A stretch of DNA of 64,000 nucleotides from an uncultured Saprospiraceae bacterium (GTDB taxonomy: Bacteria; Bacteroidota; Bacteroidia; Chitinophagales; Saprospiraceae): assembly GCA_905480605.1 (NCBI GenBank), contig CAJQRD010000020.1, positions 1-64,000 of the forward strand, in the 5' to 3' direction. The notes under the pieces were generated by a model. That model was not told the DNA's origin. It worked only from the letters and a program-made list of their open reading frames with translations, and made no database searches. The stretch's first letter is position 1; each line of letters begins with the position of its first letter. This document shows, one piece after another, positions 1-8,962 of the stretch. Made by a program: the position numbers and the translations under genes.

Positions 1-456
1 TACAATATATCTTCTCAGATTATATTTAAAATGATTGCCAATCGCCATCAAATTCCTGTTATGGTGGGCATGTTTCAAAAAGAAGTGGCTGAAAGAATAT
101 GCTCTACTCCTGGAGGCAAGAAAAACGGTATTTTGAGCTTAAATGCTCAGGCATATTATACTGCAGAAAAAGCTTTTGACATAGGTCCTGATGCATTTGA
201 TCCCCCCCCAAGAGTTGAGTCAAGTATTATTGTTTTAAAGAGAAAAGAAAATTTTAAATTGCCTTGTGATGAAGTCTTATATAAAAAGGTGATAAAAATG
301 GCATTTTTGCATAGAAGGAAAATGCTTAGAAATACCATAAAGACGTTTGTAGAAGATACTTCTGATCCTATTTTTCAAATGAGGCCAGAACAACTTTCTG
401 TAGAACAATTTGTTAATATTGTAACTTTAATAGAAGAACAAAATAAAAAGAAATGA
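1..456 (+). CDS. rsmA: 16S rRNA (adenine1518/1519-N6)-dimethyltransferase RsmA/KsgA, C-terminal part; the 5' end lies upstream of the window
   Basis: The frame is open from nt 1. The translation shows the typical KsgA C-terminal region (FDPPPRVES, LHRRKMLRN). About 150 aa of roughly 260 are present. Confidence 0.85.
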   Translation, partial: YNISSQIIFKMIANRHQIPVMVGMFQKEVAERICSTPGGKKNGILSLNAQAYYTAEKAFDIGPDAFDPPPRVESSIIVLKRKENFKLPCDEVLYKKVIKMAFLHRRKMLRNTIKTFVEDTSDPIFQMRPEQLSVEQFVNIVTLIEEQNKKK

Positions 457-899
457 GTTTAGAGACAAACTTGATGACAGACTTGAAAGCTGCAATGAAA
501 AGCAAAAATCAACCAGCTTTGAGGGCAATTCGAGCAGCAAAAGCGGCTATTTTATTGCAAAAAACTGATGGTACAGGCAATGAATTAGATGAAGCGGGTG
601 AAATTAAATTAATCCAAAAATTGGTTAAGCAACGTCAGGATTCTTTAGACATTTATGTTAAACAAAATAGGGAAGATTTAGCGGTTGTTGAAAGAGAAGA
701 AATTGAAGTGCTGCAAAACTACTTGCCTAAGCAATTGTCCGCAGATGAATTGAAGCCTATCGTTCAGGAAATTATTACAAGTATTGGTGCTAGTGGAATG
801 GCAGATATGGGAAAAGTTATGGGTTTGGCTTCAGCAAAATTGGCTGGCAAGGCTGATGGTAAGACTATATCTGGGGTTGTTCGAGGGTTGTTGGGGTAG
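453..899 (+). CDS. GatB/YqeY domain protein
   Basis: 148 aa with a YqeY-like sequence (LKAAMKSKN, ALRAIRAAKAA, KQRQDSLDIY, EREEIEVLQNYLP). It overlaps the rsmA stop by 4 nt. Confidence 0.8.
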   Translation: MSLETNLMTDLKAAMKSKNQPALRAIRAAKAAILLQKTDGTGNELDEAGEIKLIQKLVKQRQDSLDIYVKQNREDLAVVEREEIEVLQNYLPKQLSADELKPIVQEIITSIGASGMADMGKVMGLASAKLAGKADGKTISGVVRGLLG

Positions 900-1167
900 T
901 TGTACGGTCGTTCACTTTGTTTGCTTGACGGTCGCTTCACTTCGTTTGCTTGACGGTCGCTCGCTTTGCTTGCTTTACGGTTGCTTACTTCGTGCGCTTG
1001 ACGGCGTTCACTGTGTTCACTTTACGGTCGCCTACTTTGTGCGCTTTACGGTTGTTCACTGTGTTCACTTTACGGTCGCTTACTTCGTGCGCTTGACGAT
1101 CGCTCGCTTGCTTGCTTGACGTTATACGAGCGTTCACTTTGTTCACTTGACGATTGCTTACTTTTGG
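900..1167. repeat. Degenerate tandem repeat array, about 11 copies of a 23-25 bp unit (consensus near TTGACGGTCGCTTCACTTYGTGCGC)
   Basis: Read directly: TTGTACGGTCGTTCACTTTGTTTGC / TTGACGGTCGCTTCACTTCGTTTGC / TTGACGGTCGCTCGCTTTGCTTGC / TTTACGGTTGCTTACTTCGTGCGC and so on. It is locally GC-richer than its surroundings and lies between the yqeY stop and the DinB-family gene. Confidence 0.8.
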
Positions 1168-1184
1168 AATTAAATATTGGTAAT

Positions 1185-1697
1185 ATGAAATATCAAATTA
1201 AGGAGCTGACAGTGAATTTGGTTATGTTCAAGCATATTTTTTCATCTTGGGACAATGATCTGAGACTTTGGAAACGAGATGAAAATAGTTGGTGTTTTTT
1301 GGAAGTAGCTTGCCACCTTTTGGACGAAGAAAGAGAGGATTTTCGATTAAGAATGCAAACTGTATTTGATGGTCAGTCGCAAGTATTTGTCTCAATTGAT
1401 CCTGTGGGTTGGGTGAAAGGTCGAGATTATATAAATCAAAATTATAATAAGGTTGTAAATGATTTTTACTCGGAGCGCGAAGCATCGTTGCAATACTTAA
1501 ATTCACTATCTGAAAATGACCCTAATTGGTCCAATGTTATTGAGCATCAGCTTTTCAAATCTATGTCTCCAATGTACTTTTTAAACAATTGGTTGGCGCA
1601 TGATTACCTGCACATTCGCCAATTGACTCGAATCAAGTATGACTTTTTGGACAGCATTGCCGATGATAATATTGGGTATGCTGGAGATTGGGTTTAA
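1185..1697 (+). CDS. DinB/YfiT-like (DinB_2 superfamily) metal-dependent hydrolase-like protein
   Basis: Start moved to ATG 1185 (MKYQIKELTVN...); the longer ORF from 1116 would translate the repeat array. The C-terminal motif (WLAHDYLHIRQL) resembles DinB-family proteins. Confidence 0.55.
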   Translation: MKYQIKELTVNLVMFKHIFSSWDNDLRLWKRDENSWCFLEVACHLLDEEREDFRLRMQTVFDGQSQVFVSIDPVGWVKGRDYINQNYNKVVNDFYSEREASLQYLNSLSENDPNWSNVIEHQLFKSMSPMYFLNNWLAHDYLHIRQLTRIKYDFLDSIADDNIGYAGDWV

Positions 1698-1730
1698 TAA
1701 CTTGTACAAGAATAAGTCAAGCTGATAAAG

Positions 1731-2249
1731 TTAATGATTGTCAAGTCTGTTACACAGCATGACAATCATACCTTCTAAGGCATAGCTGGAAATTGTAGCA
1801 CCTGAAATGGCATCTATATCATCAGTTTCATTTTTGAATTCACAGATTTGTTTACCTTTGAATTTCTTTAGATAATTCTTAGACGTTATTTCATATCCGT
1901 AGTCAGAAAAATAATCCAATATCTTAATGGATTTAATCGTCTTGCTTTCATTTAAAACCAATAGGAGATCAAAATATTCTGAACTTTTAGTATCGCTTAT
2001 TTTTTCATAAGAAGTACATCCTCCTAAATTGCAGGCTGCTACTTCAGCCACAAAAACATATCCCTTGAAGACACCATCAATTATAATTTGATTAAGTTCT
2101 CCTCTAGAAAATCTTTCTTTTTTAAGATCTATATTTTTAGAATCGAAAGATTTTGCAATTGTTTTATAAACTTGCTTGTGGTATTTTTCTGTAAGTGGAG
2201 CTTGGAAGCTGCACAAAACCATTGTTAATATGACCGCTCTTAAAACCAT
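1731..2249 (-). CDS. FMN-binding domain lipoprotein
   Basis: N-terminal signal (MVLRAVILTMVLCSF) and a C-terminal AISGATISS motif typical of FMN_bind domains. Confidence 0.5.
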   Translation of the reverse strand: MVLRAVILTMVLCSFQAPLTEKYHKQVYKTIAKSFDSKNIDLKKERFSRGELNQIIIDGVFKGYVFVAEVAACNLGGCTSYEKISDTKSSEYFDLLLVLNESKTIKSIKILDYFSDYGYEITSKNYLKKFKGKQICEFKNETDDIDAISGATISSYALEGMIVMLCNRLDNH

Positions 2250-3394
2250 ACGCCTACTCCTGTATTGAATTGCTGATAATTTGTTCCATCTCCCAAATTG
2301 TAAAATTGATAATCTATCTTGAATACAACTCCCGGATCTGGTTTGTAATTGACTCCTACAGTCATGATATTTTGTCTCAATGCTTCATTTTGAATGATTG
2401 CTTCAGAAACTTGCAGGTGATTATTTAAATGTGAAAATCTTGCAAATGGAGCTAAAGTAATTTTTTGATCATTTATTAGATCATATGCCAATAGACCATA
2501 GAAGCCATGCATCAATTCTGGGACATCACTACTTGTAAATGCATTGTATTTATCCGCATTCCCAAATCCAGCTAGTGTATATTGGAATCTTGCTGTCCAT
2601 TGATTCTTATTAAAACTTGCGTGAACAGTGGCCATACTTAAATTAACAGTTGAAGAATCTACAATTGCAGTATTTTCATCTGTGATTATTCCAGCATATT
2701 GAGAAGCCAATGCAGTATTTGTTTTACCATAGTAAGCAGATAGACCTACTTTTATACCTTCCAATCCAAAATATTCGATTTGACCAGAAAGGCCAGGTAT
2801 GCTTGATACCAATGATTTTATTCCTTTTTGTCTGGCTGATCTAATTCCCGTTTTCCCATTTATTTTCGCTGATCCGCCATTATAACTTATTGGGTTGTTT
2901 ACAAGATATAATTGATACTTTAGACTCCTTTTTGGAAATAAGCCAGTTATTCCTGCGCCAATTTCTCTCCAAGTAGATGGAATTATGTTTTTATCTAACA
3001 AAGGTCTTTCTACGCTGTAGAAGAAAGTGGGTTCATGCATTTCATTAATGAAACCCATTGGTATTAATAATAATCCAGTTTTAAGACTGATCCCTCTTGA
3101 AATTCTATGCTTTACAAATGCTTGTTCTACAAAGATCTCATTGCCATGTTCAACCTCAATTTCTGTGACAAATTGTGTTTTACGGTTAAATTGATATCCA
3201 AACAAAGTAACCAATCTGTGAACATCCATTTTGCCTGGGTTTCTTTTACCAGATTCAATTTTTTGATTGTAATCAATGTGTCCATAAAGCTTGATGTACA
3301 GCTTGTTTGACCCATCTTCATCGAATGTAATTGTCGTTTGACCAAAGCTATTTATACTAAACAGTAATATGCATATATACAGTAGGAACCTCAT
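2240..3394 (-). CDS. outer-membrane beta-barrel / porin-like protein
   Basis: Signal peptide MRFLLYICILLFSINSFGQ, alternating amphipathic strands, aromatic C-terminus (GVGVWF). Confidence 0.5.
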   Translation of the reverse strand: MRFLLYICILLFSINSFGQTTITFDEDGSNKLYIKLYGHIDYNQKIESGKRNPGKMDVHRLVTLFGYQFNRKTQFVTEIEVEHGNEIFVEQAFVKHRISRGISLKTGLLLIPMGFINEMHEPTFFYSVERPLLDKNIIPSTWREIGAGITGLFPKRSLKYQLYLVNNPISYNGGSAKINGKTGIRSARQKGIKSLVSSIPGLSGQIEYFGLEGIKVGLSAYYGKTNTALASQYAGIITDENTAIVDSSTVNLSMATVHASFNKNQWTARFQYTLAGFGNADKYNAFTSSDVPELMHGFYGLLAYDLINDQKITLAPFARFSHLNNHLQVSEAIIQNEALRQNIMTVGVNYKPDPGVVFKIDYQFYNLGDGTNYQQFNTGVGVWF

Positions 3395-3537
3395 TTTTCA
3401 ATTGTTTCGAATACAAAAATAAGGTTTATTTTTATTTGGACAAAGTCTAGATAAGAATAATAATTATTTAATTATCAATAGGCTCTATATCATCAATGTT
3501 TATGGGTCGTTGCGTTTTATAGAGAATATAACGATTA

Positions 3538-4077
3538 TTAATCCATCAATAATTCATACAATTCATCCAACTCGTCATAGCTTTTTACACCAACCTTTTC
3601 TTCTTCTCCACCTTGAATTACAATACCATAACTTCCCAGTTTGTTAAAATCAGATAGGTCAAGATTTGTGATATCTAAGAAGAGCTCGATGCCTTGTGTT
3701 TGTCCTGGATCTATCTCGTTTAGGTTATTCAATGTTTCAACGCAATCTAATTGCAAAATGTATTTCCCAGAAGGCAATCCTTTGCGAATTTCATCAAGAT
3801 CAATTCTGTAAAATGCTTCTTTGTTTAAGGGAAGTGAATTGTAAATATTGCTTAAAATGTGTCCATCGGCTACTTCATTAAAATCAAGCGCATTCGTTTC
3901 GATAAGGCACAAAGGCCCTTCAACCCAATCTTTTATTTCTTGAACTTTGTCTAATTCGAGAAAATAGTCAGAATCAGGAATTGTATTGAAACTTAAGTAA
4001 TCTACACCCCATGCTGCAAAGTACCTTGCATCTGATAGATTTATAATGTTTTGGGCTATGACTTTTCTATTTAGCAC
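3538..4077 (-). CDS. TrpF-like (phosphoribosylanthranilate isomerase family) protein, stand-alone
   Basis: Weak TIM-barrel PRAI-like N-terminus (KVIAQNIINLSDARYFAAWGVDYLSF) and an acidic C-terminus. It is not in a trp operon. Confidence 0.3.
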   Translation of the reverse strand: MLNRKVIAQNIINLSDARYFAAWGVDYLSFNTIPDSDYFLELDKVQEIKDWVEGPLCLIETNALDFNEVADGHILSNIYNSLPLNKEAFYRIDLDEIRKGLPSGKYILQLDCVETLNNLNEIDPGQTQGIELFLDITNLDLSDFNKLGSYGIVIQGGEEEKVGVKSYDELDELYELLMD

Positions 4078-4156
4078 GTTGTATTTTTTTTAAGTTCGGT
4101 TTTAATATATTGGTTGAAACTGCTTATAATTTCAATAATGTAAGCTTTTAAATCCC

Positions 4157-4819
4157 TTAATTTTTTATGCTTTGTACAAGTAAACTGTTAGCAACTTTTG
4201 TACTGATCGTAAATGTAGTTTTATTATCACAACATATTTCTAAGCTTCCATCAAAATCTTCTCTTTTTATAATTTGTATCTCAGTACCCAATTGAATCTT
4301 TTTTTCATTTAGGTAGAGCAGTAATGCGTTAGAACTATTTTTTAGAGCGCTAAGTTCACATGTGTCTCCGCTATTTAATTTTGACAATTCTATATGTTTT
4401 TGTTCTAAAACATTTCCTTTTGAATTCGGTATAGGGGAACCATGCGGATCAGTTGTTGGGTAGTTTAACATCTGATCCATGCGGTCAAATAATTTTGACG
4501 ATTTGATATGTTCCATTTCTTCTGCAATCTCATGTACTTCTTCCCACCCAAACCCCATTATTTCATTTAAAAAAACTTCAGTTAGTCGATGTTTTCGGAT
4601 GATTAATGCAGCTTGTTTTTGACCTTTTTCGGTGAATATCACGGGTTTATATTTTTTATAAATTACCCAGCCATGCTCTTCTAGACTTTTGATCATGTTA
4701 TTGACCGTAGGTTTACTGACATTCAGTTTTTTACTAAGTTCTGTTATATTGATGTTGTTGCCATTAATATGTAATGAATAAAGGGCTTTTAAGTAATTTT
4801 CCTTGACGGAGGTCGGCAT
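4157..4819 (-). CDS. DtxR/MntR-family metal-dependent transcriptional repressor with a C-terminal FeoA-like domain
   Basis: MPTSVKENYLKALYSL... is the hallmark DtxR N-terminus; HTH (ELSKKLNVSKPTVNNMIKSL) and metal-site residues are present. The track ORF starts at TTG 4837; ATG 4819 is more plausible. Confidence 0.85.
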   Translation of the reverse strand: MPTSVKENYLKALYSLHINGNNINITELSKKLNVSKPTVNNMIKSLEEHGWVIYKKYKPVIFTEKGQKQAALIIRKHRLTEVFLNEIMGFGWEEVHEIAEEMEHIKSSKLFDRMDQMLNYPTTDPHGSPIPNSKGNVLEQKHIELSKLNSGDTCELSALKNSSNALLLYLNEKKIQLGTEIQIIKREDFDGSLEICCDNKTTFTISTKVANSLLVQSIKN

Positions 4820-4863
4820 AATTGCTTTTTGGAACAAAAGTAAATAAAAATGTGTTTTAAAAT

Positions 4864-4893
4864 TTGTTAGACTTGTCTAACTTTTTAATTTTG
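4864..4893 (+). promoter_or_regulatory. Putative Bacteroidetes-type promoter (-33 TTG, -7 TAATTTTG) with an embedded 14-bp perfect palindrome TTAGACTTGTCTAA (4867-4880), a candidate DtxR/MntR operator
   Basis: Read from sequence: aatTTGTTAGACTTGTCTAActttttAATTTTGca, 20 nt upstream of the TonB-receptor ATG, in the 76-bp divergent intergenic region. Confidence 0.45.
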
Positions 4894-4913
4894 CACATCT
4901 AAAAATAGTTTTC

Positions 4914-7223
4914 ATGCCACTTAAGATAAATAGGGTGCTTATTTCATTGGTTTTGTGTCTTGGTTTTCTAATTCAGTATTCCTATGCTCAAAATGCTTCA
5001 GTTTCAGGCAGTGTTTTGACAGAAAAGGGTGAGGAATTGGGTTATGTTAATATCTCGATGGAGGGGACATCAATCGGGACAAATACTGATGACACAGGCT
5101 TTTATACTCTTGAGAATATTGTGCCAGGTAAGTATATTTTGACTGCTTCATTTTTAGGTTACCAACCTGATAAAAGGTCAATTGTATTGGAAAAAGGAGA
5201 TCAGCTTAAAATTGACTTTAAGCTCAAGACTGATGCAAATTTTATGGACGAAATTGTTGTGACTGGAACATTGAAGCAAGTTAATCGATTAGAAAGTCCT
5301 GTTCCTGTGGAAGTATATAATCCAGTGTTTTTTAAAAGGAATCCAACACCCAATTTATATGAAGCCCTTCAGAATGTAAATGGTGTAAGACCTCAATTAA
5401 ACTGTCAGGTTTGTAATACTGGTGATATTCATATAAATGGTTTGGAAGGTCCATACACAATGGTATTGATTGATGGAATGCCTATCGTTTCTAGTCTAGC
5501 AACTGTTTATGGTTTGTCTGGAATTCCAAATTCACTGATTGAACGCATGGAAATTGTAAAAGGTCCTGCATCTTCACTTTATGGCAGTGAAGCTATTGGA
5601 GGCTTGATTAATATTATTACAAAGAATCCTAGAAATGCACCAATCCTAAGTGTTGATGTAATGGCAACATCTTGGGGAGAATTGAATTCAGATTTAGGAT
5701 TAAAATTTAATGCTGGTGAACTTGCTTCTGTTTTGACCGGTATCAATTATTTCAATTATGATAATGTTGTTGATAATAATGATGATAATTTTACCGATGT
5801 GACAATTCAGGATCGTGTTTCTGTTTTTCAGAAATGGAATTTCAATAGAAAGGATAACAGACTGTTTACATTAGCGGGTCGCTATTATTGGGAAGACAGA
5901 TGGGGAGGAGAGTTGGATTGGACTAAAGCGTTTCGGGGTGGAGATAAAATTTATGGAGAAGCCATTACAACTGAGCGTATTGAATTTTTGGGTCAATACC
6001 AATTGCCAACAATTGAAAGATTGATGGTGTCTTTTTCATTCAATAGTCATGATCATAATTCTGTATATGGTGATTTGCCATATATAGCTGATCAAAAGAT
6101 TGGATTTGGTCAATTGACTTGGGATAAGGTTTTAGGAAAACATGACCTATTGGTAGGATCAGCTTTGCGCTATACATACTATGATGACAACACACCAGCT
6201 ACTGGAGGAAGTGTAAATTCTCCAGAAAATGCACCTGACGAGATTTGGTTACCTGGTTTGTTTATCCAAGATGAAATAGAATTTAATTCCAAACACAAAT
6301 TATTACTTGGATTAAGATATGATTATAACGATGTTCATGGTAATATTTTTACGCCAAGAATTGCTTATAAGTTATCACTGTCGCCAACAGATATATTTAG
6401 ACTCAATATGGGGACAGGCTTTAGAGTTGTCAACTTGTTTACTGAAGAACATGCTGCATTAACTGGATCAAGAGATGTTGTCGTAGAAGGTGATTTAAAC
6501 CCTGAACAATCTTATAATGTAAATGCCAATTATGTTAAGAAATTGTACTTTAACAATGGTTCATCAGCAAGCATTGAATTGTCGAGTTGGTATACATATT
6601 TTACAAATGTGATTTTCCCTGATTACGAATCCAATCCGAATCAAATAATTTATAAAAATATTGATGGTTCAGCTGTCACAAAAGGAATAAGTATAAATGC
6701 TGATTTGACATTGGATAATGGATTGTCATTTTTGTTGGGTGGATCATTGCTAGATGTTTCAACAAAGGAAAATGGAATTTCAAAACGGCAAATATTAACT
6801 GAACGTTTTTCAGGTACTTGGTCAGTTTCCTACAAGTTTTTAAATGGTAAGATGAATGTTGATTATACGGGAAATGTGTATGGTCCAATGTTGTTGCCGA
6901 CACTTGGTGAGTTAGACCCCAGATCTGATGAATCACCTTGGTGGAGTATTCAAAATATTCAATTGACTTATAAAGGTTTTGGTGATTTTGAATTTTATTC
7001 TGGTGTGAAAAACATTTTAGACTGGACGCCTTGGAAGAATTCTGATGAACCAATTATAGCTAGATCATTTGATCCTTTTGATAGAGGTGTAGATTTTGAT
7101 GTCTCTGGTAATGTTATCCCAACACCTCAAAACCCAAATGCTTTGACATTTGATCCCAGTTATGTTTATGCACCAAGTCAAGGTATTCGTTTCTTTTTAG
7201 GAATGCGCTATACTTTAAAATAG
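4914..7223 (+). CDS. TonB-dependent outer-membrane receptor with an N-terminal carboxypeptidase-regulatory-like domain
   Basis: Signal peptide; CarbopepD_reg-like N-domain (GSVLTEKGEELGYVNISMEG...GKYILTASFLGYQP); plug domain (DEIVVTGT); long beta-barrel; C-terminal RYTLK. Confidence 0.9.
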   Translation: MPLKINRVLISLVLCLGFLIQYSYAQNASVSGSVLTEKGEELGYVNISMEGTSIGTNTDDTGFYTLENIVPGKYILTASFLGYQPDKRSIVLEKGDQLKIDFKLKTDANFMDEIVVTGTLKQVNRLESPVPVEVYNPVFFKRNPTPNLYEALQNVNGVRPQLNCQVCNTGDIHINGLEGPYTMVLIDGMPIVSSLATVYGLSGIPNSLIERMEIVKGPASSLYGSEAIGGLINIITKNPRNAPILSVDVMATSWGELNSDLGLKFNAGELASVLTGINYFNYDNVVDNNDDNFTDVTIQDRVSVFQKWNFNRKDNRLFTLAGRYYWEDRWGGELDWTKAFRGGDKIYGEAITTERIEFLGQYQLPTIERLMVSFSFNSHDHNSVYGDLPYIADQKIGFGQLTWDKVLGKHDLLVGSALRYTYYDDNTPATGGSVNSPENAPDEIWLPGLFIQDEIEFNSKHKLLLGLRYDYNDVHGNIFTPRIAYKLSLSPTDIFRLNMGTGFRVVNLFTEEHAALTGSRDVVVEGDLNPEQSYNVNANYVKKLYFNNGSSASIELSSWYTYFTNVIFPDYESNPNQIIYKNIDGSAVTKGISINADLTLDNGLSFLLGGSLLDVSTKENGISKRQILTERFSGTWSVSYKFLNGKMNVDYTGNVYGPMLLPTLGELDPRSDESPWWSIQNIQLTYKGFGDFEFYSGVKNILDWTPWKNSDEPIIARSFDPFDRGVDFDVSGNVIPTPQNPNALTFDPSYVYAPSQGIRFFLGMRYTLK

Positions 7224-7227
7224 CAGA

Positions 7228-7719
7228 ATGAGAACAGTATTTTACTTTACGATTACTCTTATCTTCTTAGTGAGTTGCGCTAATACAAAAAATGAAGTAG
7301 AATCAATTGATGTTTTAAAGTCATATTCGTTTGAAGAGGTTGAAAAGTTAATGCAAAAAGAGCCTAGGCAAATAGCAATATTTATGCATACTCACTGGTG
7401 TAAGTATTGTAAAAATATGTCACAAACAACATTGAAAAACAAGAAAGTTGTTGATCTTTTGATGAATGACTATTACTTCATTTCATTTGATGGAGAGCAA
7501 AAAGAAAGTGTTGTATTCAATGGAAATAAATTTGATTACCTTCCAAACGGAAGGAATGATGGAACTCATGAACTTGCCACGACTCTAGGAACAATTGATG
7601 GACATTTAGCCTATCCTACTTTTGTATTCCTTAATTCAAAAAATGAGATAATATTTCATTATGCTTCATTTTTAGATTCAGCTTCTCTTATTTCTATTCT
7701 AAAGGAGTTAAGCAAATAG
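7228..7719 (+). CDS. thioredoxin-fold lipoprotein (CxxC)
   Basis: Lipoprotein signal (LIFLVSCANTK) and an HWCKYCK CxxC motif. It lies 5 nt after the receptor stop and is probably co-transcribed. Confidence 0.55.
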   Translation: MRTVFYFTITLIFLVSCANTKNEVESIDVLKSYSFEEVEKLMQKEPRQIAIFMHTHWCKYCKNMSQTTLKNKKVVDLLMNDYYFISFDGEQKESVVFNGNKFDYLPNGRNDGTHELATTLGTIDGHLAYPTFVFLNSKNEIIFHYASFLDSASLISILKELSK

Positions 7720-7816
7720 CGGTTTCTCACTTGGTTGAAATGAAAATTTCATTTATTGTTTCTTTATAGATATCTCATTTATATATTAAATAGGGCAAAT
7801 TTTTACTTAAATACAG

Positions 7817-8608
7817 ATGTATTCAACACTTTTATTACATTGTGCAAACAAATTCATAACACCGCTTTTCATGCTTTCAAATAGGTTTTTACTTTTTTTA
7901 GTATTTTTTGGATTTGGCAATTGTTTGAATGCACAAACAATTGTGACAGATCGACCTTGTCAAACAGAGGCAACCAACACGATTCCTAAGGGTAGTTTTC
8001 AGGTTGAATCAGGTTTAATTCTCCAGTATGATGGTTCCAATGATAAGTCCATAGTCTTGCCAACATCAGTATTAAGATATGGAATAAGCAATTTATTCGA
8101 ACTGCGAATGGTTCATGAATATAATATCAAGAGTTATGGCAATGATTCAAGTAAAAAAGATAATTGGGGTATTGGTGATTTACAATTGGGGGCAAAGCTT
8201 TTTATTTTAGAAAGTGACAAGACCCAGATATCATTCTTGTCTCATTTGGTTTTACCAACTGGAAATACAAATTTTACACACGACGATTATGCTGTTAGAA
8301 ATAAATTAATTATTGGTCATGTTTTAGGAGAAAAAGTAGGGGTCGCTTATAATCTTGGTTATGACTACTATAATGAAAGCATATTCACATATTCATTTGC
8401 ATTAAATTTAAATCTGACAAAAAAATTAATCATTAGTATAGAGCCATACGGATCATTTGATGAAAATGAGGAACATGTTTCTAATTTCAATACTGGCTTA
8501 ATTTATTTGGCTAAAAATAACTTGCAATTAGATTTCTCATTTGGTTTGGGGATGAATAATGTTATGAATTACACATCTATTGGTCTAAGTTGGAACATGC
8601 CAAATTAA
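7817..8608 (+). CDS. outer-membrane channel of the MetA-pathway/'transporter' family (PF13557-like)
   Basis: Signal peptide then the TDRP motif typical of this family; beta-strand-rich. The start may be the internal ATG near 7871. Confidence 0.45.
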   Translation: MYSTLLLHCANKFITPLFMLSNRFLLFLVFFGFGNCLNAQTIVTDRPCQTEATNTIPKGSFQVESGLILQYDGSNDKSIVLPTSVLRYGISNLFELRMVHEYNIKSYGNDSSKKDNWGIGDLQLGAKLFILESDKTQISFLSHLVLPTGNTNFTHDDYAVRNKLIIGHVLGEKVGVAYNLGYDYYNESIFTYSFALNLNLTKKLIISIEPYGSFDENEEHVSNFNTGLIYLAKNNLQLDFSFGLGMNNVMNYTSIGLSWNMPN

Positions 8609-8612
8609 GTAC

Positions 8613-8951
8613 ATGAAAGACAATTCTTATTTTCAAAAAGTTTTCAAGGTCACAGAAGCAATTCCAGTGGGAAGGGTAACCAACTATGGTGCAATTGCTG
8701 ATTTCTTGGCTTTAGGATCAGCCAGAATGGTAGGCTGGGCACTTAATAAATGTGCACACATGAGTATTCCAGCACATCGTGTGGTCAATAGGAAAGGAGA
8801 GTTGTCCGGCAGAAATCAATTTCCTACACCTACCTTAATGCAAGAACTCTTAGAAAATGAGGGCATTGAAATAGTAAACAATAAAATTGTGGATTTTGAC
8901 AAGCATTTTTGGCATCCAGGTCACGATCTTAATCAAGATGATTTCGAGTAA
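8613..8951 (+). CDS. alkyltransferase-like protein (MGMT DNA-binding domain with the catalytic Cys replaced)
   Basis: NYGAIADFLALGSARMVGWAL...IPAHRVVNRKG carries PAHRV where O6-alkylguanine transferases carry PCHRV. Confidence 0.65.
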   Translation: MKDNSYFQKVFKVTEAIPVGRVTNYGAIADFLALGSARMVGWALNKCAHMSIPAHRVVNRKGELSGRNQFPTPTLMQELLENEGIEIVNNKIVDFDKHFWHPGHDLNQDDFE

Positions 8952-8962
8952 ACTTAACTGCT

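Noticed and set aside
784-1119. 111-aa ORF running through the tandem repeat array
   Set aside because: It translates to low-complexity repeats (FTVAYFVR, VHCVHFTV), overlaps the yqeY 3' end, and has no ribosome-binding context. It is an artefact of the repeat periodicity.
900-1167. Possibility that the tandem repeats are a CRISPR array
   Set aside because: The units are directly abutting with no unique spacers, the repeats are degenerate, and no cas genes are nearby.
6676-7053. 125-aa antisense ORF inside the TonB-dependent receptor gene
   Set aside because: It lies entirely within a confidently called CDS on the opposite strand and its composition is typical of shadow frames.
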